From assembly GCA_964397335.1 (NCBI GenBank), contig CAYNIM010000010.1, positions 2,741 to 66,740 of the forward strand: a stretch of DNA of 64,000 bases. Direction: 5' to 3'. Positions within the stretch are counted from its first letter, which is position 1. Every line of letters starts with the position of its first letter. A program made the translations under genes and the position numbers. This DNA comes from an uncultured Flavobacterium sp. (GTDB taxonomy: Bacteria > Bacteroidota > Bacteroidia > Flavobacteriales > Flavobacteriaceae). Of the stretch, positions 21,362-30,121 are shown one piece after another. The notes under the pieces are model-generated. The model searched no databases, was not told where the DNA came from, and was given only the letters and a program-made list of their open reading frames with translations.

Positions 21362-21650
21362 TTTATTCAATTTGAGACAAAACTAATTAATTTTCTCGAG
21401 AGAAAAAGGGATAATGAGCGTTAATGTTGTTACGCAAGTCCATATAAAATGCAATTCTTTGAATCTGTTCAAATAGGATTGTCGTCAATCGAGACTATTA
21501 TTGTTGTAATTACTTAAGAAATTTATTCGAAAGCAATTTATAATAACCGTTTTTCCCTCTGATTAAAGTTTCAGTTAATCATTAATTCTCATAATCAGAT
21601 CCATCGAGCATTTTAAATAGATTTAAGAAAAAATAGTTTAAATTTGCTAC

Positions 21651-22733
21651 ATGGCAAAAACAACTGAAAAAGCGCTGTGGTTTCAAACCTTAACGGAAAA
21701 CAAACCTTTAATTATTGCAGGTCCGTGCAGTGCTGAAACTCCGGAACAAGTATTGGAAATTGCACATCAAATTAAAGATTCTGCAAAGATTTTTCGTGCT
21801 GGAATTTGGAAGCCACGAACGCGTCCAGGAGGGTTTGAAGGTGTTGGAGCAATCGGACTGAAATGGTTGCAACAAGCAAAAAAAGAAACGGGTTTGTTGA
21901 TGGCTACAGAAGTTGCAACAGCAGAACATGTGCAATTGGCATTAGAACACGATATTGATTTGCTTTGGATTGGAGCGCGAACTGCGGTAAATCCATTTGC
22001 TGTGCAAGAAATAGCCGACGCTTTAAAAGGAACAGATAAGATGGTTTTTATAAAAAATCCAGTCAATCCAGATTTAAGTTTATGGATCGGTGGTTTCGAG
22101 CGTCTTCAAAATGCAGGAATTAAAAAGTTAGGGTTTATTCACAGAGGTTTTTCTAGTTATGAGAAAAATAAATATCGAAACGAACCACAATGGCAAATAC
22201 CAATTGATTTACAACTCCGTTTCCCAGAAGTTCCTCTTTTGAATGATCCTTCGCATATTTCAGGAAATCGAGAATTGGTAGCTGGTGTTTCTCAAAAAGC
22301 ATTGGACTTAAATTTTGATGGTTTGATGATTGAAACGCATTGTACGCCAGATTTGGCGTGGAGCGATGCCGCACAGCAAGTAACTCCAGATAAATTAAAA
22401 GCTATTCTTTTGGATTTGAAAACCAGAAGTTTATCTAATTCTGAAGAAATTTACTTGACAAATATTAAAAATTTCCGAAGCGAAATAGATGAATTAGACA
22501 CAGAAATATTGCATTTGCTTAATAAAAGAATGCATATAGTTGACGAAATTGGTCGATTGAAAAAAGATAAGAACGTAGCGGTTTTTCAGAGAGAGCGATG
22601 GAGCGAAGTTTTAGAAAAAATGAAGAAAGAAGCAGGTAGTTTTGAATTAGGCGAAGAATTTGTTATAGCTTTATACAAGGCGATTCATCAAGAAAGTCTT
22701 TCTAGGCAAGATCATATTATCAATAAAAAATAA
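21651..22733 (+). CDS. Bifunctional DAHP synthase / chorismate mutase
   Basis: IAGPCSAE, WKPRT and DPSH motifs, plus a C-terminal chorismate mutase type II domain (RSEIDELD...KKDKNVAV). Confidence 0.93.
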   Translation: MAKTTEKALWFQTLTENKPLIIAGPCSAETPEQVLEIAHQIKDSAKIFRAGIWKPRTRPGGFEGVGAIGLKWLQQAKKETGLLMATEVATAEHVQLALEHDIDLLWIGARTAVNPFAVQEIADALKGTDKMVFIKNPVNPDLSLWIGGFERLQNAGIKKLGFIHRGFSSYEKNKYRNEPQWQIPIDLQLRFPEVPLLNDPSHISGNRELVAGVSQKALDLNFDGLMIETHCTPDLAWSDAAQQVTPDKLKAILLDLKTRSLSNSEEIYLTNIKNFRSEIDELDTEILHLLNKRMHIVDEIGRLKKDKNVAVFQRERWSEVLEKMKKEAGSFELGEEFVIALYKAIHQESLSRQDHIINKK

Positions 22734-22735
22734 GT

Positions 22736-23722
22736 ATGTCAGAAAAGAAACATACAGGTTTGGTGTATAAATCCACAGGAAGTTGGTATTCGGTATTAAC
22801 CGAAGATCATACTTTTTTGGAATGCAGAATCAAAGGGAAATTCCGAATTAAAGGAATCAAAAGTACCAATCCAATTGCAGTAGGTGATTGGGTAGATTTT
22901 GAAATCAATAAAACTGGTGACGAAACTACAGGATTGATCAATCACATTCACGAGCGAAAAAATTATTTGATTAGAAAATCGGTCAACCTTTCTAAACAAG
23001 TGCATATTATTGCTGCCAACGTCGATTTGCTTTTTATTTTAGTTACCATCGACAACCCGGTAACTTCTACTAGTTTTATAGATCGACTTTTGGTTACCGC
23101 TGAGGCTTATGGTATCGAAGCAGTTTTGGTGTTTAATAAAATAGACACATTGTCTGAAGACACTTTAGATGAACAACTTTATTTACAATATATATATCAA
23201 CAAATCGGTTATAAATGCCTGAGGGTTTCAGCTGAAAAAAAACAAGGTTTAGAAGCTCTAAAGGAAATGATGACAGAAAAGGTTTCCATGTTTACGGGGC
23301 ATTCCGGTGTTGGCAAATCTACTTTAGTCAACGCTTTAGAACCATCATTGCAATTGAAAACTAAAGAAATTTCTGAACAACATCAACAAGGACAACACAC
23401 CACAACTTTTGCAGAAATGTACGATTTAAGTTTTGATGCAAAAATTATTGATACTCCGGGAATTAGAGGTTTTGGAATTGTAGATATGGAACCGGAAGAG
23501 TTGGGAGATTATTTTCCAGAGTTTTTCAAATTGAAAGATCAGTGTAAATTCAACAATTGTTTGCATAGAGAAGAACCAAATTGTGCAGTTAAAGATGCTC
23601 TTGATAATGATGAGATTTCTTGGACAAGATATAAAAGTTATGTGCAAATTATGGACGGTGAAGAAGAAACCTACCGAACAGATCACTACGCAAACGGGAA
23701 AAATCAGGAAGAAGAAGAATAA
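22736..23722 (+). CDS. rsgA: Ribosome small subunit-dependent GTPase A
   Basis: NKID, GHSGVGKST, HTTT, DTPG and CKFNNCLHREEPNC motifs. Confidence 0.97.
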   Translation: MSEKKHTGLVYKSTGSWYSVLTEDHTFLECRIKGKFRIKGIKSTNPIAVGDWVDFEINKTGDETTGLINHIHERKNYLIRKSVNLSKQVHIIAANVDLLFILVTIDNPVTSTSFIDRLLVTAEAYGIEAVLVFNKIDTLSEDTLDEQLYLQYIYQQIGYKCLRVSAEKKQGLEALKEMMTEKVSMFTGHSGVGKSTLVNALEPSLQLKTKEISEQHQQGQHTTTFAEMYDLSFDAKIIDTPGIRGFGIVDMEPEELGDYFPEFFKLKDQCKFNNCLHREEPNCAVKDALDNDEISWTRYKSYVQIMDGEEETYRTDHYANGKNQEEEE

Positions 23723-23724
23723 CA

Positions 23725-24177
23725 ATGAAAGTAGTAATACAACGTGTTTCCCAAGCATCGGTAACAATTGAAGAAGAAAAGGTTGCGGATATAAAATCAG
23801 GATTATTGATCTTGTTGGGCATTGAAGACGCAGACTCTAAAGAAGATATTGAGTGGCTGAGTGGGAAAATTATCAATTTACGTATATTTGACGACGAAAA
23901 CGGAGTGATGAATCGCTCAGTAAATGATGTTTCGGGAGATGTGATTTTGGTAAGTCAGTTCACTTTACATGCGTCTACCAAGAAAGGAAACCGACCTTCG
24001 TACATCAAGGCAGCAAAACCAGAAGTTGCAGTGCCTTTGTATGAAGAGTTTATTGCCCATTTTGAAGAAATATTTGGAAAGAAAATTCAAACCGGACGTT
24101 TTGGAGCAGATATGAAAGTAGCTTTAATCAACGACGGACCAGTTACGATTGTAATAGATACGAAGAATAAAGAATAA
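23725..24177 (+). CDS. dtd: D-aminoacyl-tRNA deacylase
   Basis: VIQRV, SQFTL and NDGPVT motifs. Confidence 0.98.
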   Translation: MKVVIQRVSQASVTIEEEKVADIKSGLLILLGIEDADSKEDIEWLSGKIINLRIFDDENGVMNRSVNDVSGDVILVSQFTLHASTKKGNRPSYIKAAKPEVAVPLYEEFIAHFEEIFGKKIQTGRFGADMKVALINDGPVTIVIDTKNKE

Positions 24178-24186
24178 TTAATAAAC

Positions 24187-26091
24187 ATGTTGAAAAAAGC
24201 ACTTTTACTTGTTATACTTCTTGTCGCAAACAAGGGAATTTGTCAAAAAAAAATTGATGTAAATGCAGAAAAAATACTACAAATCATCAAAGACGAAACT
24301 ACAGAAATTATTGTAGAGCGTATCGATGAGGTTGAAATATTGAACCAAAATATTTTGAGAACTAAATTTTCAGAGCTTCATTTTGTTCCGAACGAACAGG
24401 CACTGGAAGCCTTAGATTTTTCAGTTTTTTACGACAAGCTTAATAGAGTAAGGTCTTTGGAATTAAGGGTTTATGACTCTAAAGGTGACTTGGTGAAAAC
24501 TTATAGACAAAAAGATTTTAAAGATTCAAGTGTTGCCGATGGATTTTCCATTTTTACAGACGATCGTAAAAAAACATTTAATCTAAATTATTATAATTAT
24601 CCGTTTTTCACAAAGTTTGATTACGAAATAGAACAACAAAATACCATTTCTATTCCTTCGTTTCATCCTATCAGAAGCTCAAAGGAGCAAGTTTTGAATG
24701 CAACTTATACGTTGACTTACCCTCAGGATTTTACCATTTCTAAATGGGAACAGAATCTTGCTGATTTTGATGTGATTTCTGAAAATTATCCAGGGAAAAT
24801 GCATTACGTGGCAAAGAAAGTAAAAGCGCCTGAATACGAGGAGCTTAATACACGTTATTTAAGTTTAGTTCCATTGGTTCGTTTTTCTAATAATACTTTT
24901 GCCTTGGGTGGGGTGCGCGGCGTGGTTAATTCATGGGATGACTTCGGAGTTTGGTATTACAAAAGTTTCCTAGAAAACTTGGATGAATTACCAAAAGAAA
25001 CGGTTTCTAAAATGAAAACTCTAACTCAAAACGCAACAAGCGATCTTGAAAAAGCTAAGATTATTTTTGATTATGTTCAAAATAACACACGTTATATTTC
25101 AGTCCAAGTAGGCGTAGGTGGATGGAAACCATTCTCTGCAAAAGAGGTGGACAGATTAGGGTATGGAGATTGTAAAGCTTTGACTAATTACACCAAGGCT
25201 TTATTGAATTGTGTGGGAGTGGACGCATATTATACTGTGATTTATGCTTCAAATTCAATAACCGATATCAACGAAAATGTTATTTCTTTACAGGGAAATC
25301 ACGTTATTTTAACTTTGCCTACCCACGAAGGAGCGGTTTTTTTAGAAAGTACCAGTCAAAAAATTCCTTTTGGTTACCTTGGAACTTCGACGGACAATAG
25401 AAAAGCTTTGATGATTCGACCTGACGGTGCCGAGTTCGTAAAGACCCATTCAAACAAAGAGTTGGAAAATAATTTAACAGCTGTGTTCAAAGTTGATCTC
25501 GGAAATTTGGATCAAACTACAACTCAGGTGAGTTTTGATAATAAAGGAAGTTTTTATCATTCCGTTCTTGGAATTAATTTTGAAAATGATGTGGAGGTAG
25601 AACGTTATTTAAAAAATGTTTTTTCTGGGCTTAAAGATTTGAAAATAAAGAGCTATGAGTTTAAAAATGATGAAACTGAGTTTGTCTATCATGAAAATAT
25701 CAATTTAGAATCCAGTTTTATTGGTGCCAAGATGGGGACTGATTTTATGGTTTCTGTTAATCCTTTTTTACAAGTAATTTCTACTCCCAAGCGCTATCGA
25801 AATCGAAAAACAGGATTTAGTATCAGCAGAGGAAGGTCTTATGAAATAAAGACAGAGTTTTTAATACCCGAAGGTTTTAAAGTAACATTTATACCGGATT
25901 CAAAGACCATTCAATCAAAATTTGGTACGCATTCTTTAGACGTTCAACACGAGGGACAAAAAGTTGTTGTAAACGAATTATTTGTCCTTAATTCCGGTGA
26001 TTATACCAAAGATGAATATCAAGAATACCGCAATTTTACAACGGAAGTACTTTTAAGTAATAACACAAAGTTTATTTTAACACAAGATTAA
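24187..26091 (+). CDS. DUF3857 / transglutaminase-like protein
   Basis: RYISVQVGVGGWKP, YGDCKAL and GNHVIL motifs. Confidence 0.88.
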   Translation: MLKKALLLVILLVANKGICQKKIDVNAEKILQIIKDETTEIIVERIDEVEILNQNILRTKFSELHFVPNEQALEALDFSVFYDKLNRVRSLELRVYDSKGDLVKTYRQKDFKDSSVADGFSIFTDDRKKTFNLNYYNYPFFTKFDYEIEQQNTISIPSFHPIRSSKEQVLNATYTLTYPQDFTISKWEQNLADFDVISENYPGKMHYVAKKVKAPEYEELNTRYLSLVPLVRFSNNTFALGGVRGVVNSWDDFGVWYYKSFLENLDELPKETVSKMKTLTQNATSDLEKAKIIFDYVQNNTRYISVQVGVGGWKPFSAKEVDRLGYGDCKALTNYTKALLNCVGVDAYYTVIYASNSITDINENVISLQGNHVILTLPTHEGAVFLESTSQKIPFGYLGTSTDNRKALMIRPDGAEFVKTHSNKELENNLTAVFKVDLGNLDQTTTQVSFDNKGSFYHSVLGINFENDVEVERYLKNVFSGLKDLKIKSYEFKNDETEFVYHENINLESSFIGAKMGTDFMVSVNPFLQVISTPKRYRNRKTGFSISRGRSYEIKTEFLIPEGFKVTFIPDSKTIQSKFGTHSLDVQHEGQKVVVNELFVLNSGDYTKDEYQEYRNFTTEVLLSNNTKFILTQD

Positions 26092-26094
26092 ATC

Positions 26095-28008
26095 ATGAAT
26101 AAACAATTATACCTGCTTTTATTGTTATTAGTTTCTTTATGTTCTGAGGCACAGGATTTTAAAATTGATAGAGTAACAAAGAAAGATTTTGAAGAAAAGT
26201 TTTATGAATTGGATCCAACGGCTAGTGCTGTTGTGGAACATAACCTAGGAAAGACTTATTTTATTGTTGTGGGAAATCATTACCAATTGGTCACAGAAAC
26301 CAAAACCAGAATCAAGATTTTCACGAAAGACGCTTATGATTATGCAACGGTAAACGTTCCGCTTTATCGCGATCGCTCAACGCGTGAACTTCTTTCTGTC
26401 TCAAGTGCTTATACATATAATTTAGTTGACGACAAGGTGGAAAGAACAAGATTAAATACATCCGCAGAGTTTATAGAAAAAGTACAAGGCAATCATTATT
26501 TAGCCTCTTTTACAATGCCAAATGTGAGAGAAGGAAGCATTATTGAATACACAACTAAAATTACTTCTCCTTATATAACTGACATTCCCGAATGGTATTT
26601 TCAACTTGATATTCCTGTGAAAATAAGTGAGTTTGAGTTGAAAATTCCAGAGAAGTATATGTTTTATAAATATATTAAAGGAACTGAAAAGGTGAATCAA
26701 CGTATTCTTGGTGATAAATACGTATATACTGCAAAAAACGTTCCTGCTTTGAAAGAAGAAAGTTATGTCAATAACATTGATAATTATAGGGCCTCAATTA
26801 TTCATACTTTTAGCGCTTATCGAGAGGCAAGCGGAAGCTTTAAAACCTTTGGCGGTACTTGGGCTGAGGTGGTAAAGACCATCAATGATTACGATGGTTT
26901 TGGAGGACAATTGAAGAGAACTGATTTCGCTAAATCACAAGCAATGAAGATTGTCGCAAATTTGACTTCAGACGTAGATAAAGCAACTGCAATTGTCCAG
27001 TTTTTACAAAATGAATTCACTTGGAATCAAACTATAGGAATTGAAACCAGCAAAGATTTGAAAGATGTTATGCAATCAAAGAACGGTAGTTCGGTAGAAA
27101 TCAATCTTTTGGGGGTTTCAATGATGCGAAGCGTGAATGTAAATGCTTATCCTGTTTTGTTAGCAACAAGAAATAAAGGAGTTGCTTATATGCCAAGTAT
27201 TTCTGCTTTTAACAATGTGATTATTGGTCTGGAATCTAATACGGGAAATGTTGTGCTTTTTGATGCTTCTGATAAATTTTCTAAAAAAGATATTTTACCA
27301 ATTCATAATTTGAACTGGATCGGTCGCTTGGTTCGCCCTGATGGAACTTCTAAAGATGTTTTATTGGAACCGAAGGTCAAGTCTAGGCAAAGTGTAAATG
27401 CGCTGCTAAACTTAAACCCTGCGGATGGAAGTATTCAAGGAGAGTTGTATACCAGTAGAAATAATTACGAAGCCTACCTTTATAGAAGTTTTAATAAACA
27501 GCTTCCTCTAGAAAAAATTGCTGATGGCTATGAAGAACGCTACAGTGCTGAAATCGATTCATTTAATTTGAATAATTTTGATGACCTAGAGGAGAATGTA
27601 GTTGAAAACATGACGATAAATAGACCTCATAGTTTTGATATTATTGGCGATAAAATTTATTTGACTCCTGCTTTTATTTTTAAACGTAATGAAAATCCTT
27701 TTAAATTAGATCAACGAACATATCCTTTGGATTTTATATACCCATCAGAACAGGCTTACACTTTGGTTTACAATATTCCCGATGGATATGAAGTTGAAAA
27801 TGTACCTGAAAGCAAAAAAATATCAACAGGAACAGGTAGTGTGTCAGCGCAATGGGTCATAACGTATGATGAACAACAAATCCGAGTTAGATGGAGTTTG
27901 TCTCAAAATAATGCGCATGTTGATGCAAGAGAATATCCCGATGTCAAAACGGTTTATGAAGAATTAGTCAAATTTATGGATCAAAAAATAGTGTTAAAAA
28001 GAAAGTAA
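26095..28008 (+). CDS. DUF3857 / transglutaminase-like protein, catalytic Cys apparently absent
   Basis: PNVREGSIIEY and WYFQLDIPV motifs. GSSVEINL replaces GDCK. Confidence 0.85.
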   Translation: MNKQLYLLLLLLVSLCSEAQDFKIDRVTKKDFEEKFYELDPTASAVVEHNLGKTYFIVVGNHYQLVTETKTRIKIFTKDAYDYATVNVPLYRDRSTRELLSVSSAYTYNLVDDKVERTRLNTSAEFIEKVQGNHYLASFTMPNVREGSIIEYTTKITSPYITDIPEWYFQLDIPVKISEFELKIPEKYMFYKYIKGTEKVNQRILGDKYVYTAKNVPALKEESYVNNIDNYRASIIHTFSAYREASGSFKTFGGTWAEVVKTINDYDGFGGQLKRTDFAKSQAMKIVANLTSDVDKATAIVQFLQNEFTWNQTIGIETSKDLKDVMQSKNGSSVEINLLGVSMMRSVNVNAYPVLLATRNKGVAYMPSISAFNNVIIGLESNTGNVVLFDASDKFSKKDILPIHNLNWIGRLVRPDGTSKDVLLEPKVKSRQSVNALLNLNPADGSIQGELYTSRNNYEAYLYRSFNKQLPLEKIADGYEERYSAEIDSFNLNNFDDLEENVVENMTINRPHSFDIIGDKIYLTPAFIFKRNENPFKLDQRTYPLDFIYPSEQAYTLVYNIPDGYEVENVPESKKISTGTGSVSAQWVITYDEQQIRVRWSLSQNNAHVDAREYPDVKTVYEELVKFMDQKIVLKRK

Positions 28009-28010
28009 AT

Positions 28011-28202
28011 ATGTTAAAAAAACTACTGTTATATTCACTGATTTACATAGTTGTTTCTTTATTGCTAAGCCATGATGAGGTTTTGTGTGCTTTTAAAGGA
28101 GAAGAGTTGTGTTGGGTAAATTTAATAGGAAAGTTTATTATCTTTATGATTTTAATTTTAGCTTTTGACCAATTTGTAAAACCTAAAATATTTAAAAGAT
28201 GA
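28011..28202 (+). CDS. Small two-TM membrane protein
   Basis: 63 aa with two hydrophobic segments; operonic spacing. Confidence 0.7.
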   Translation: MLKKLLLYSLIYIVVSLLLSHDEVLCAFKGEELCWVNLIGKFIIFMILILAFDQFVKPKIFKR

Positions 28203-28411
28203 AAGAAAAAATAACTAATTTCGTGAGTGCTTTGTTAATTTATTTTATAGGTGGTCTCCTTGTCAGCTATGTCGGAATGCCAGAAATTAATTGGAATTTC
28301 GTTATTGGCTCGACTCTTGTAATGACTCTATTTGATTTTTTTATCTTGGGCAGACTTAGAAAACAATTGAAAAACAAACAACTTTCAAAATACAATTCTC
28401 ATGAAAGATAA
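28199..28411 (+). CDS. Small two-TM membrane protein
   Basis: 70 aa; ATGA overlap with the previous gene. Confidence 0.75.
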   Translation: MKEKITNFVSALLIYFIGGLLVSYVGMPEINWNFVIGSTLVMTLFDFFILGRLRKQLKNKQLSKYNSHER

Positions 28412-28577
28412 AATAGCACACTTCATAGCAGCATTCATAGTACTTGGTATTTCTATGATGGCAATTACCTATATGTTTTATGGGAAAATTGACTGGATAC
28501 AAACCATTCTTTTTGCTGTTGGAATGGGTTTGGCAGATGTATTCTTGTTTAAAAAATTAAGAGAAAGAAAAAAATAA
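28401..28577 (+). CDS. Small two-TM membrane protein (58 aa, not in ORF track)
   Basis: MKDKIAHFIAAFIVLGISMMAITYMFYGKIDWIQTILFAVGMGLADVFLFKKLRERKK; similar to the 28199 ORF. Confidence 0.75.
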   Translation: MKDKIAHFIAAFIVLGISMMAITYMFYGKIDWIQTILFAVGMGLADVFLFKKLRERKK

Positions 28578-28579
28578 TT

Positions 28580-28906
28580 ATGGATATAAAAAATGCACAA
28601 TTAGAGGTTGATCGTTGGATTAAAGAACACGGAGTACGTTATTTCAACGAATTGACAAATATGGCGCAACTGACAGAAGAAGTAGGAGAGGTGGCTAGAA
28701 TTATTGCAAGAAGATACGGCGAACAATCTGAAAAAGAGAGCGATAAAAATAAAGATTTAGGTGAAGAATTGGCCGATGTGGTTTTTGTAGTTCTGTGTTT
28801 AGCAAACCAGACAGGAGTAGATTTACAAGCTGCTTTTGACAAGAAATTAGATTTGAAAACGCAACGCGATCACGACCGTCATCACAACAACGATAAATTA
28901 AAATAA
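28580..28906 (+). CDS. MazG-like nucleotide pyrophosphohydrolase
   Basis: LTEEVGEVAR...GEELADV motifs. Confidence 0.92.
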   Translation: MDIKNAQLEVDRWIKEHGVRYFNELTNMAQLTEEVGEVARIIARRYGEQSEKESDKNKDLGEELADVVFVVLCLANQTGVDLQAAFDKKLDLKTQRDHDRHHNNDKLK

Positions 28907-28907
28907 T

Positions 28908-28997
28908 TTGGGCGTTTCCCTTCGGGTCGGGTTTTTCGTTCCAATCTTTTGGTTCGTTCCTCACAAAAAGGATTTCCACTTCAACCCCTAACGCAAA
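28908..28997 (+). repeat. Flavobacterial structured repeat resembling the Flavo-1 RNA motif
   Basis: ttgggcgtttccc-ttcg-ggtcgggtttttcgttccaatctttt...aaaaggatttccacttcaacccctaacgcaaa. Family recognised from memory, not searched. Confidence 0.65.
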
Positions 28998-29052
28998 ATA
29001 CGCACTAATAAATGAATAGTGGAACAGTAAAACAACACTAATTAAACAAAGA

Positions 29053-29991
29053 ATGAATAAAATCACACAACTTTTTAATATACAATACCCCATCATTCAA
29101 GGTGGAATGATTTGGAACAGTGGTTATAAATTGGCTGCTGCTGTCAGCAATGCTGGGGGCTTAGGGTTAATCGGAGCTGGGTCGATGTACCCGGAAGTAT
29201 TACGTGAACATATCCAAAAATGTAAAAAAGTTACGACTAAACCTTTTGGGGTTAACATCCCGATGTTGTATCCTAATGTAGAGGAAATTATGAATATTGT
29301 TGTGGAAGAAGGAGTGAAAATCGTGTTTACCTCGGCAGGGAATCCTAAAACTTGGACGCAATGGCTTAAAGAAAAGGGGATTACGGTGGTACATGTAGTA
29401 AGCTCGACTAAGTTTGCTTTAAAAGCACAAGAAGCAGGTGTAGATGCTGTAGTAGCAGAAGGTTTTGAGGCAGGTGGGCACAATGGACGCGAAGAAACAA
29501 CCACGCTGACCCTGATTCCAATGGTTAAAAAACAGATTTCAATTCCGTTGATTGCTGCTGGAGGTATTGCAACCGGAACAGCTATGCATGCCGCCATGGT
29601 TTTGGGAGCAGATGGCGTGCAAATGGGAACACGATTTGCTATGACTTTTGAAAGTTCTTCACACGAATTTTTTAAACAAGCCTGTGTAGAAGCTAAAGAA
29701 GGAGATACTTATTTAACGTTAAAGGAATTGGCTCCAGTAAGATTGATAAGAAATAAGTTTTTTGAAGAAGTGCAACATGCCTACAGCAACGGGGCAACTT
29801 TGGAGGAATTAAAAGAACTTTTGGGGAGAGCAAGAGCAAAACGAGGAATGTTTGAAGGAGATTTAGAAAACGGCGAATTAGAAATTGGACAAATTGTTGG
29901 ACTTATCGATGAAATTCAGTCGGTGGAAGAAGTCATGAAAGAAATTGTTCAAGACTTTGAAAAGTCAATACAGAAATCGTTTGCTTTTTAA
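29053..29991 (+). CDS. Nitronate monooxygenase / FabK-like flavin oxidoreductase
   Basis: PIIQGGM, AVSNAGGLG, EGFEAGGH, AAGGI and GVQMGTRF motifs. Confidence 0.9.
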   Translation: MNKITQLFNIQYPIIQGGMIWNSGYKLAAAVSNAGGLGLIGAGSMYPEVLREHIQKCKKVTTKPFGVNIPMLYPNVEEIMNIVVEEGVKIVFTSAGNPKTWTQWLKEKGITVVHVVSSTKFALKAQEAGVDAVVAEGFEAGGHNGREETTTLTLIPMVKKQISIPLIAAGGIATGTAMHAAMVLGADGVQMGTRFAMTFESSSHEFFKQACVEAKEGDTYLTLKELAPVRLIRNKFFEEVQHAYSNGATLEELKELLGRARAKRGMFEGDLENGELEIGQIVGLIDEIQSVEEVMKEIVQDFEKSIQKSFAF

Positions 29992-30121
29992 AATAGGTTT
30001 TTAAAAATTCATCATCAAACCCTTGATAAAAAAAAGTACATCAGGAATGGTTTTTTTGCAAAAAATCTCTTTGATGGTTTTAAATTAATAATTAACCTGT
30101 GAGGTTAAAAGTCATTTATAT

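Noticed and set aside
28639-29597. Minus-strand ORFs overlapping the MazG-like and nitronate monooxygenase genes
   Set aside because: Antisense shadows of well-supported plus-strand genes. The same applies to the other short overlapping ORFs in the core region.
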